From NCBI GenBank assembly GCA_051362555.1, contig CM120646.1, positions 20,522,001 to 20,586,000 of the forward strand: a stretch of DNA of 64,000 nt, read 5' to 3'. Under the pieces are notes generated by a model. The model did not search any database. It was given only the letters and a program-made list of their open reading frames with translations, and was not told where the DNA came from. The translations under genes and the position numbers were made by a program. Positions 1 through 11,098 of the stretch are shown here, piece by piece; within the stretch, counting starts at the first letter, position 1; each line of letters starts with the position of its first letter. The stretch is from Lingula anatina. Its lineage: Eukaryota; Animalia; Brachiopoda.

Positions 1-374
1 GTGACCCCCACCCCACCCCCCTAAGCAAAACCTGAAATATGTTGAAGTATATTGAAAAATCGATATATTAAAAGGCGTTTCCTTAAACCCTCCTACATAA
101 ACACCTCAGTATGATTTTGTTGTTGTAAATCAGATCGCTAACGCACTGGAGGCTTATACATGTATTACTTGCATAGGCCTACAATGTAAGTGTCGTGGTC
201 ACGTGATACATGATTGTTAATGAAGATGCATATATGTACTACACCCAGCTCTGCTTACAAATATTAAATACAAACATTACAAAAAAAGATCTTTTAAGTT
301 GATTAATTTAAAAAGTAAAAAAAAAGTGAGTGAGATAGCTGTCCTTATTGAGTAAGTCCTGTACACAATTTCAG

Positions 375-3181
375 TGGTCAGGCTCACAGCGGTTTTGATA
401 CCGAACCCTCCTCTCTTGAGGGTCGACTACTGACCAAAGCAAGGACATTAGCAACTGACCACTTCTACGAGAGCCTGGGTGTACCTTATAAGAATGTAGG
501 GGCTCTTCTTGTGGCTTGGGACACAGAACAGGTAGAGAGATCTAGTGTTCTAACTGTTCTCAGCTTTCAGGTGGTAAAATTTAATTTTTGTGCTAAAAAC
601 ACGAATCTCACAATGAAAATGAAACTGATTGCTGCATCAGCAACAACAGATACATTTATATGAATAGACACGTATAATTTGCTTTCCTCAAAGTTAGAGG
701 AAATATAATAGTATATCAGTGCATATAAACATGGAGTGCATAAAAACGGGTACATTTTTCTGTTGATATTTGGTCTATTACAAACGAATACATCCCTTTT
801 CCTGCTTAAAATGCATGTAAATAGATTTGTCTTCAATTCAGCTAAAGAAACTATCTGAAGTTGTCCGCAAGTCTCATCTTACGGGTTTAGGAGGAGTGAA
901 ACAAATCGGCCAATCAGAACTTAGATCTCTAGAGCCAAACCTGTCCCACAATGCCCTGGGAGCAGTCATTATTCCAGATGAAGCTTTGGTGGATCCGTGG
1001 CTGCTCCCTGTCATGCTAGTCCACAATGCTCAGAGAAAAGGGGCAAAGGTTAGAAAAGGGTGGCCCATGTGACATTCCATATACCATACTGAATTTATTT
1101 GCTACATAGATAGTTAAGATTTTCGTGTGATTTCAAGAGACCATTGGGGGAGGGGGGAGGTTAGTAGAAAAAAAATATTGACATTACACACTGTAGGTTA
1201 ATTTCCCAGTTTTCAATGTTGCAATAACCTTTGAAACTAACTGGATTTATTCTGCCTAAGTTCTGAAGATGATGTTGAACAATTCAACCATCGGTCTGAA
1301 ATTGTCCCAGTTCGAACAGTCCTTGATATTCTTTTCAGGTCAACATGTCTAGTGAGGTGACCTCATGTAGAAGACTAGCTGATGGAGGCTGGCTACTGAC
1401 CATTCCCAGTGGTCAAGTTGAAGCCAAAGTGGTCATCAATGCAGCTGGACTGTATGGAGACAAGGTGGAGGAAATGGCCGGTGGTACCAGTAGCTTTAGG
1501 TAAGGTCCAGGAGACGTCAGTGAAACAACAGGGGCAGATATAAAACTGTTTACATCATTGGAACACCAACCTGATAAATATATTAAATTGCTTTCCACTA
1601 CTATTAGTAGGAGAGTTAAGTACAAAGGTATATATCAATTAATAAAGTATTAGCCATTTCTCACTTTCTTGTGAAAGGGGCCTGGTTAAAAGCACACAAA
1701 AAACGTAAGATTTTTCCTAGAAAGTTCAATACTTTTCTCTTAATCACCAAGATATATGCTACATGTATATTAAAAACTATTTACATAATTACAATCCCTA
1801 AACCCAGCTCTTTTGTGCAGGTGGTCTCAGCTCACTGTACTAGTAATTGTTTCCTTCTCAGTATCTTGCCTCGCCAGGGTCAGTATGCAGTGTATGGCGG
1901 AGAGGCTGCACCCTTACTGAGACACATTATACTCCCACTACCCACTGCTAGAACCAAGGGGGTTATCATCTTTCCGACAGGTACAGTGGACAAATAGCCT
2001 CCTTCCTGCATGCATGCCTTTGGATGGCAATTAATTAAACCAGGAAAGATAGCACATATTTGCCTGTTTGCCAATTGTCAAATTGTTATTTTAATATTAA
2101 AACTTGAAAGTATTATTTCCAATATTGTTATTATTGGTGTTTCACGTACATTGTTTATATATTTTCGCTTTTTAATGGGCACAACCAAAAAGATAAAATT
2201 ACACATTGATAGCTACAATAAATGTACTTTAAATATGCATAATTGAAATGGATTTTAATTTGTTTGGTTTTGCGTGCAGTCTATGGTAATGTCGTGGTGG
2301 GCCCAACAGCAGAAGATGTAGACGAAAGGGAAAAGCCAACTGTAGATGGCGCCACAATAGACCGACTGGTGTCCTATGCCATTGGAGTACTTCCTGCACT
2401 GCGGGACCATAAGATTATTGGAACGTACGCAGGGCTAAGACCCGCCACTGCTAGCCAGGACTATCACATATATGGAAATGTTCACAGGTAGTATCGTAAC
2501 TAGAATTTCTAGGCAAAAGGGCCATAACAGCTAGTAATTTTATAAAAATTGGGGAAAAAATACCAAGGAGATTTTGTGTTCTAATACACACCAGAAAAAA
2601 TCTCGTTCACACCAGCGCGCACTTAGTTCAGTAATAGACTAATTGACTTCACAGGAGAATCGCATGCATTGTCTACTGCAGCTAAGTTTAAAAACTGACT
2701 TTACTCTTGTTTGAACGCACTTATTTGTAGGTCAATCCTGCTCATTTCTTTCCCCCACGTTAACAACGATCACCGCTTTGTGACGCGATGGCAAAACGAG
2801 AATCTATACTAGTAGGGACCTACACTGCGTCATCAGTTGTTCTAAAATCATAAGTTGTGAAGGGTAAACTTAACACTTAGTAATTGTATGTTGTAAGTTA
2901 TGTAACAGTAAAACAGCATGGTTCATTTCAGACAGTGGATAACTGTTGGCGGAATCCGTTCCACGGGCCTCTCAGCCAGTCAAGCCATTGCCCGGCACGT
3001 TGGTTCCATTCTCTCTACAGACCTTAAACTGTCTCCGTCTCACTGTCCCTCGGACAGAGACATAGGTGGCCCCACTAAGACTTGGAGTACTGATTGCACG
3101 GAACTCGCCCTGGATGGTGCAGGGTACAAGGTGACGCATCCGTTAACAGCGTTTGGCCTGAGAAAATGTTCCAAGCTGTGA
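375..3181 (+). CDS. FAD-dependent oxidoreductase, DAO/LhgO/GlpA-GlpO-like superfamily (5' end outside window)
   Basis: GT-AG exons with consistent phases: 375-531, 842-1048, 1339-1499, 1862-1980, 2280-2487, 2932-3181 (TGA). Motifs GQAHSGFD, LEPNL, VDPW, VVINAAGLYGDKV, ILPRQGQY, KGVIIFPTVYGNVVVGPTAED, YAGLRPAT, VGGIRSTGLSASQAIA. The N-terminal GxGxxG exon is not in the window. Confidence 0.88.
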
Positions 3182-4515
3182 GACTACAGAGATGTCGAAT
3201 TTCGGTCCAAGGTTGCCATCGTCTTAACAGTCCATGTCGCTGGACCAGTGGTCTGTTGTACAAATACAAGGCACGTCTACTGAATGGGGCCTCCCATTGG
3301 ACGTCAGGCACTGAATCCCAGCACTGAATCCCAGCTGGATCAAAGTGTTCTTTTGATGAGGCATTTTGGGTTATTTCCGATTTTATTTTGATACCGTCCG
3401 GACGAGCCGTGCGGCCATATTGACGCATTAGATGTCCTTAGAGAACTGTCGGAGGCACTGAAAGCAAAATTATGGAAAACCAGTGTATAATGGACGAGAA
3501 TTTGTTTGAAATCTGAACTTAAGTGGACACGAACGGGAGTGAACATGTATCAGAGAAAGTGCTTTTATCTGAATATGAAATAATTTGACTTTCTACATAC
3601 ATGTAGCTGAGTGACCAAATTTTGTACTTTGTATTTGAGTGAAAATACGTGTTTAATTTCAGAAAAATAATAAAGAAAAATTAATCCATTGTTGCAAATT
3701 GGGATTTGAATCATCGTGCAATGTGATATTAGAATGCAATTAACATATGATCAGCTGCGTAGCATTATTTTGTCCTAAAATAAAGAAATAGTACAACGCC
3801 GTCCGTTAATAACCGTTTTAATGAAATCAAGGGGTACATATTGATGTGAATTTAACTAAATAATCAATGAAGTAAATCCCAAATGGTATTTTTTGTAATC
3901 AAGAAATGGGTTTTTGTTGACACCGCAAGTTATGGGGCACGTATGCTTTTATAGTTTTCCCTTGTGACTATTAGGACGAGCAATATTTCTCCTCTCACTA
4001 GATAGTTCACAGTAAAGCACAAGTTTGTTGAGATTCCTGTGCCGTAAATCTTAGGTCTATTTCTTACAGAGCGGGTTGACAACTTTATACCCGGGCTATT
4101 ACTTTTGGGGGATATCAACTCTTCATATGAGATCCAAAATTCCACAATAAAACATTGTACGCAATACATAAAAATATAATGAATTTCATTTGACCACCAA
4201 AAAACAGTGATCACAATTATTCTGGAATCTGGCAAACAGCCAGGTGAACCATGCCGTACTTCACATCTCTGTCGAACGCTAGAAAACCGGTTGGCTTTAC
4301 AGGAGTCTGGGAATTGAGGAGATAAGATGTAAATCAAAATTTTGAGAGCCCCCACATCACAGTGGATTTGGAAACTGGTCGCCATTTTCCAGTTTTTGAG
4401 GCCTACATATCAGAAACTGTTAGGAGAGCTAACGCATGAATTAAGTGCTCAAGGAGTACTATAAACAGTTGTATTGTTGGGAGTAGTGGTGTGATTTTTG
4501 TCGACTTTTGTTTCA

Positions 4516-4694
4516 CCTCAATTACCTTAAAAGTGGCAAGCGCGTTTTTATCGTACGAGTGGACCTCTAACAGAAGAGGAATACTTAACTTACAATCAGA
4601 AACGCCTCAATCACCTCAAAAGTGGCAAGCGATTTGTTATCGTACGAATGGAACTTTAGCAGTATAGGAATACTGAACTTACAATCAGAAAACG
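4516..4694. repeat. Diverged two-copy tandem duplication, period ~89 bp
   Basis: cctcaattaccttaaaagtggcaagcg...ggaatacttaacttacaatcagaaacg (from 4516) recurs as cctcaatcacctcaaaagtggcaagcg...ggaatactgaacttacaatcagaaaacg (from 4605). Confidence 0.85.
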
Positions 4695-5837
4695 GCTGTC
4701 GACAGAATCACTTTTCCATGACTTTGACTCTTCTTTTGTTGCCTGGTCACCCTGGATTTCCAGCTCATATAGGTGACCTAGCACAGTGAGAGCTTCCCTT
4801 CACTCTGTCTCTTTAGTGATCGTAAACAAAAAAACAGCTTAATATGCATTACATGTATTAGAAAAGTTTGAGAGAAACTCCATAATGATTGGGGTGACAT
4901 CAACATGTTCAAAAAACGTATTTTAGCATGGCATACACGTAGTTTTTCAATGCTGGACGTTGATGCTTTAAACCGAGTGACAAAAACATCACGTCCCGAG
5001 GCAGTTGCTTGACATTTAAAAAGAAAATATGAACAGACGGTGCGTAAACTCCCCTGCGAAATGACGCAGAGTATTAGTACGAAGTCTCTTAAAGTGGGCG
5101 CATTTACACGCTTTTCAAGTTAGAATTATTCTAGTTCCTCTTAAAAACGCCACACAGTATAAATTCACCTACACGAGGGTTATGTTAACTTTGGTATGTT
5201 AACACTTAACGATTATGTGTCAAACAAAGTTATAAATTTGTCATCTTACAAGCAGGACGTCTTCAATGACAGAGCAGGTGTGGTACAGTGCGTTTTCACC
5301 CACCGCTCACAGGGATTGCATTGTGTGCGCGTTCTTTAACACCCGGCAGGGCATATTAGAAACGGTTTTTACGACTGAAAGTCATTACGTCGTATACCTT
5401 GTAGTATACTGAGTGCGTAGAATAAAATAAGCACATATTACGGCAAAGTTGTTTTAACAAAGGACGGCGTGAAAGAACCGGATTTATAAAAACAAATTCA
5501 GTGCAATATTCACCATCCTCCGGCAATAGTGGTCTTTACTAGAACCTGGCCACCTGCAGCAAGATAGACTGGATAGATTCCTACCATCCTACAATCCCAC
5601 CGACAATCAGGGTTCATGTTTAGAGAATTCCGAAGAGATACAGTTCAAAACTCTCACTGAAAGGGAGGAACTTTTAAGGCACCAGTCCCGACGCTGGAGA
5701 ATATATCCCGACACGTGCTTAATTTTGTGCGTAATATCATATTGTGTCGTTAACGACACTTTCAGTCTCTGTAACGAGATCACCGAAAAGGCGTCATTTA
5801 TCAGATACTGTACCAGTAATATATGTAGGATTTTGCC

Positions 5838-7961
5838 ATGCTCTTCCAGGGATATCTCGCTTGGTCTAAAAGGGACGCGAATATCGCATCGCCGCTGTTG
5901 TTGTTGGTTTTTCTAAGTTTCACACTGCCAGGTAAGTGCTCGTTATACTGCATATAACAGGTGTGCAATGTTGAGGCAGTTTAGATGTCATTTGCATGAC
6001 TGAATGAAGTATCTCGTATTGTAAAAATAGTATTGCATAAATACATGGTCAGTTTTAGTAACAGTTGTTCAGTGCAAGTAGTAACCAGTACTGCAAAGTC
6101 CACCTGGGATAACTGTTCAGACAAGTTCTTCTGTAGACCGAGATCAGCCTGGCTTCTTTCACTAACAGAATACAAAAAAGTACCTTTGCAGCTGAGACAT
6201 TTACTAATTTATTGTGATAATCTTCCTTATTTTTTATGATTTATGAGCAAAAGCAAATGCTTATGACGTGAGTTATGGCGCAAGTAAGACTAATTGCCGG
6301 TCTAGAATTGCTCAGTGTGAATACACCTTGAGTACTGTACTTTTCGACAGATATAAATCCAAAGTTAAAGGGATAAATTTCTGGAGTTCAAGGTTAGATA
6401 AATTATGATACACAATATAGATGATAAAAGCTAGCAGCCCATCACTGAGAGGAGACTGACGCAGAGGCCACGTTCAAATGTTGGAGCTGGAGGTCGTCTG
6501 CGATGTCGAAACGTTCACTGGAGTCAGGGGTGTATTCAAAGCTCCTCGCTTTACCTGGCATGCAAGGCGTTAAAAGGACGCCCTCCCCCCACCCCACCCC
6601 CGCCCCCTCCCCCCTCCAGTCACTTATCTATCTCCCCCAGCCTAAATTACAGCGGGATCGGAAAACTCCCTGTCAAGACTTTTTCGTTTAAGTATACTTA
6701 TGAATTTTTTAGAACAAAGTTTATTCACAAGAAACAGAAGCACAGCGCATGGAAACGTTGTAAGCTCTCCGTGAAATTCAAAGAAATAATGACGATAGGA
6801 AGGGTTATAACCAGGTAGCCCTGAGATTCAGGGTGTTGAACCCCAGATCCGCCTCAAAATGTTCGGCACGTTCGATCCACCGTAAATTTATATGTACATG
6901 TACCCCCTGTGCTGTCTACCAGAAGACAGCCGAGTGATGACATCAGTCCTATACAGCCATTCTCGCTGTACAAAAAAATGAATAGAATTAACGATAGAAA
7001 TATCCTTGGATGTCTTGTGAAAATCAAAATTGCGGTGTACATGTACGTGTGCATGGATTTGGGTAGAGACATGTATGTTAATAACATCATCAGACAAAAA
7101 ATATAACTGAGAAAAAAAACAGCTGTTGAAACCATATTGGATAGTCGGCATTGACTGAAGGACATATGGTAAAATTTTGGCAATTTTGCACTATTTAGAT
7201 ACATGCTGTTGAAGCTGAAGAACAGGTCTTTTCTTTAATGACGGTGGGCCAGTGGGACAGGAATGGTAGTCCGTTAGACACCGCACTCTGTTTCCCATTG
7301 CTTTCTACAAGTGATATTCGTCCCCAAAACTAATCCCTGTACCTGCGGCTAACACTGACCTGCACTTATCATATGGGACAGTGGCCTACCATTCCTGGGT
7401 CTAGCATTCCTTTCACGCCAGACATCAGAACGATTACATTTGTTCCTTGCGGAGAGCTAATCCCAGTGAGGGGGGTGCACTAAAATAATAAGTCTGCCCA
7501 ACTCGAAGTGTAACAGTATTTTCTATCAGTTCCGCACGCGCGCAGACCACAGTTCAAAATACAGCTAACAAAACAACCCGATATAGCAAATTACTCCTTT
7601 TGGGAGACAGAAAATATTCATACTCAGTCATTCCGTCAGGTCAAAAACCTATTTTTACTTTCCGGAACAGAATGGTATTTTTACCGCGTGCTGCAGCTGC
7701 ACTGTAATTTGTAACATGAGAAAAATGAGCTTTTAGTGAGAAGCTCACCTTTTATCAAGAACGAAATGAGTACGTTTTTTACAGTTTAAAACACCGAATT
7801 TCAGAGGCACGGTCTCTCTTTGGTCGATATTGGAACTCTCTAGACACCTTAGCCGACATGCGTGCATGCATACAGGTACCTAAAAGGCATAGGGGGCGAA
7901 TTTTTGCTTCAAAATAACGTTAATTGTTTAATGCGATCCGACAAGTGTGGCTCATGTACTA

Positions 7962-7999
<38 letters not shown>

Positions 8000-8050
8000 T
8001 AGTACATGAGCCACACTTGTCGGATCGCATTAAACAATTAAACAATTAAG

Positions 8051-8089
<39 letters not shown>

Positions 8090-8844
8090 TTTTACATTAG
8101 AATTGCGGAAATTGCAAAAATGCAGAAAGGTTCGCGATCTACCATACGCGAAGGAAAATACAGAGTCACATAGTCGGATGTTTGGAAGAAAAACATTTGG
8201 CAAGAAAAATGTCGAAAGCGCCAACCAAATCAGCCCCCACAAAGTATCCTTATCCCACGTGCAGTCCAGGTCCTTAAGTACTGCATTCTTTTTTATTTAT
8301 TTGGGGTTCACTGATGTTGAATTAAAACTGTTCCGGGTCGGAGTAATTAACTGAAACCAATTTCTGCGAAAAGAGGAAAACAACGAGGAAATAGTTCACG
8401 ATTTCGCGATCATTTCTACTTGCTGTTGGCGTTTTTCTTTATATATTATGACATACAATTTCTCGATTCTTTCATTTTAAAATGTGTTTATCCATTTCAG
8501 AGAAAAATTCTCAATCCATCAATCCTTGAATTTATTTTCAGCAAATGCTGCGACCGACGCCTCTGTGATGTGCTACCGTTGTCACTGGACTAAGCTGACC
8601 ACCGCTAGTGACCAGACTGACAGTAGTCTTAATATCCGCCTAGCGTCCATCACAAACACCAGTGTGGAGGACTGTAAGGTTGGAAAGGCCGGAATAGCGA
8701 CGCACGTCTGTCATGATCACAAGCATTGTATTACATTGGACTACAAGCTCCAGTTTGAATACCTCGTGCGTATACTATCATATGATTATTAATTAATTAA
8801 AGCATTAAATTATTCATTTAATGACACGTTTTGTGAAGAATTAC

Positions 8845-8887
<43 letters not shown>

Positions 8888-10276
8888 ACGTTTTTTGTCC
8901 GTATGCGACTTTGTCAAACAACGACGGGTGGGGGTGAAAATGAAAAGTTCTGGTGTCATCTTACCACCTGTTTGTGAATTAGAAATAAGCTAAAACCAGA
9001 GACTTACTGGGTTCATAATAGAACTTCTTATACCAATGTCGTCCCAAGAATTTAGACCCAATTTTAACCCGAAGTAAGTATTGAGTAGTATGTAGTATAT
9101 GGCCCCAATTTCACAAGAAGAAGAACTTACTTTATGTTTTAGACCAAAAGTTTTCTTTTCTTTTTTTTATTCAAATTTTTTAAGTTGAAGCAGACTTTTT
9201 CTAGAAATTAAAACCAACTTTTCGTCCAAGGTTATCGGTACTGATGTGGTGCATGTACAACCTGCAGCGAAATAGACCTCTTCAGTTTCACCTCTCCGAA
9301 CTCAGGGTTTGCTGTAAAGTAACCGCCCAGCTGCGCGTTTATTATAACTCCTTCTGTAAAGAAAGACTGGTTTAATAGTGTAAGCCACTTGGTAAAATAT
9401 GCTTTGATGTTATTGGAATTGTGAATGGAATATTTCCTCTATTGGGTAATTAGCGTGGGACTCAAATCGCTTCAAACTAGTTGAAGCGAGTAAAACCTAT
9501 TCTTGTTGGAAGACGCCACTGCCTTCGGCCTTTTCCAAAACAAAATGGGGTTCTGCCCCCATTCCATCTCCAACAGGATGCAGGAGGTGCAAACTAAAAT
9601 TGAACCCTCCACCCCACCCCGCCTACCCACACTTAGTCAAATATCTCTCCATTCCAGGGTTCGCCTGCCAGTATGAAGATGTTTTATCGCGACTGTCCCT
9701 ACGGTCTTGACCCTACCAACAACGGATGTGACCACCTTTTTTTAAACAACTCCGCTATAAAGGTTAGTATAGGTGATCTCCGTCTTCTTTACAGTTGAAT
9801 CACAATATTGCAGTTAATGAGTGTAACATTTCAACTGTCATACCAAGGATGGGAAGTTATCGAAACTGATATGCGCATTGTAACTTTACTTACAGGACTT
9901 AACTTAAAATGACTTAAAAGGGTCAATGGCTAAGGGATAACGTGCGTTAGGTTGCACAGCCATATAAGCTTTCTCTCTTTTAATATCGTTTTTTAATTTA
10001 TTTATCAATTAAACATTTTATTTTGTAAACATTTTGCACGCTCCGAGTAAATAACTTTTATGAATATTATATCTTTACTTGGTGTTTTAGGGACTCTCCT
10101 TATTCCTATCCACAGTCGGGGGCCTGGATCGTCTGCAAATAGAAAATGGCGGGAAAATATGCACGTGCGAAGGAAACTTATGTAACAGAGTACCTCCCAC
10201 CAGTCCAACAGAAACGAGCGGTGGCTCCTCTTTGAAAATCCAACTCATTGTCTTTTTGTTGATGCTTTTGTATTAA
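5838..10276 (+). CDS. Secreted, probably GPI-anchored Ly6/uPAR (three-finger, quiver/sleepless-like) protein, ~202 aa
   Basis: Exons 5838-5931 (signal peptide MLFQGYLAWSKRDANIASPLLLLVFLSFTLP, phase 1), 8542-8765 (VMCYRCHW...DCKV...VCHDHKHCITLDY), 9658-9762 (MFYRDCPY...NGCDH), 10091-10276 (KICTCEGNLCN...SGGSS, hydrophobic tail IQLIVFLLMLLY*). Ten cysteines, CxxC start, CxCxxxxCN end. Confidence 0.85.
7920..8041. repeat. Perfect ~43-bp inverted repeat around a (TA)n spacer
   Basis: ttaattgtttaatgcgatccgacaagtgtggctcatgtactag (7920-7962) is the reverse complement of ctagtacatgagccacacttgtcggatcgcattaaacaattaa (7999-8041). Confidence 0.92.
8847..8883. repeat. (CT)n microsatellite
   Basis: Direct reading. 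Confidence 0.9.
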
Positions 10277-11098
10277 GTACCAGTACTACGAGATAGAGAT
10301 GTTGCCTTTTAAAGAAAATTAAAACATTCTGGAAGACACTTTTCCATGCGGTACCGGTAGATCTACTTTTTGAAATCTTCCGAAGAAGGTCTATTGTTTT
10401 ATGTACTTTTCCGTTGGTTGTACATTTAACTTTTAAGATTGAAATGGGTTCTGTATGCAAGATCTGACGTTCAGGTTTGTCAGCACGAATGTAAGAAATA
10501 TAATTCATTATATTCAAATTAAATGTAAACATGCTGAAAATAATGAACACTTGAAACACATCTGATATGCACATAGAAAAAAAAATAATATTAAAATAAT
10601 TTGATACGTTTTGTTAGTCTGAACTCCCTTCAGTTTTGTGCTGTAAATTACCCTCACAAAAACAAAATAAATAAATGTATATATATATGGTAACTGGCAG
10701 ATTATTTTCAAATCAGTTTTATTAATTCAGAAAACATTAAATTTATAAAGTATTTTTGTACGACAACATACTATATATATATATATATACGGATGGACAA
10801 AAGTTGGTGCACTTTTAACCCTATCCTTTCCTTTGCCATCTTTCTTTTTCATTTCTTCCTCTTAGTAGCAATGATGTTCTCACCCTTCTGAATTATTGTT
10901 TATCTCCTGTGACCACAGGGACAATTTTTTTTACCACATATTAAATATCTTTTTGCAAGCCCAATCAGTTTTCTTTTTGCAAATCAAACAACTTATCAAG
11001 TCCCAAAAGTTCATAAAATAAATGTTCAAATAGAAGATACTTTTTTTTCTTAAGTGACTTGAATTGTTTTTGTCCTTTTTGTCAATTGGTCAATATCA

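Noticed and set aside
375-3181. Gene symbol L2HGDH or GPD2
   Set aside because: Diagnostic motifs differ from the animal enzymes, so no symbol was assigned.
3930-4385. 151-aa minus-strand ORF
   Set aside because: No recognisable domain, no convincing splice partners, composition like non-coding DNA.
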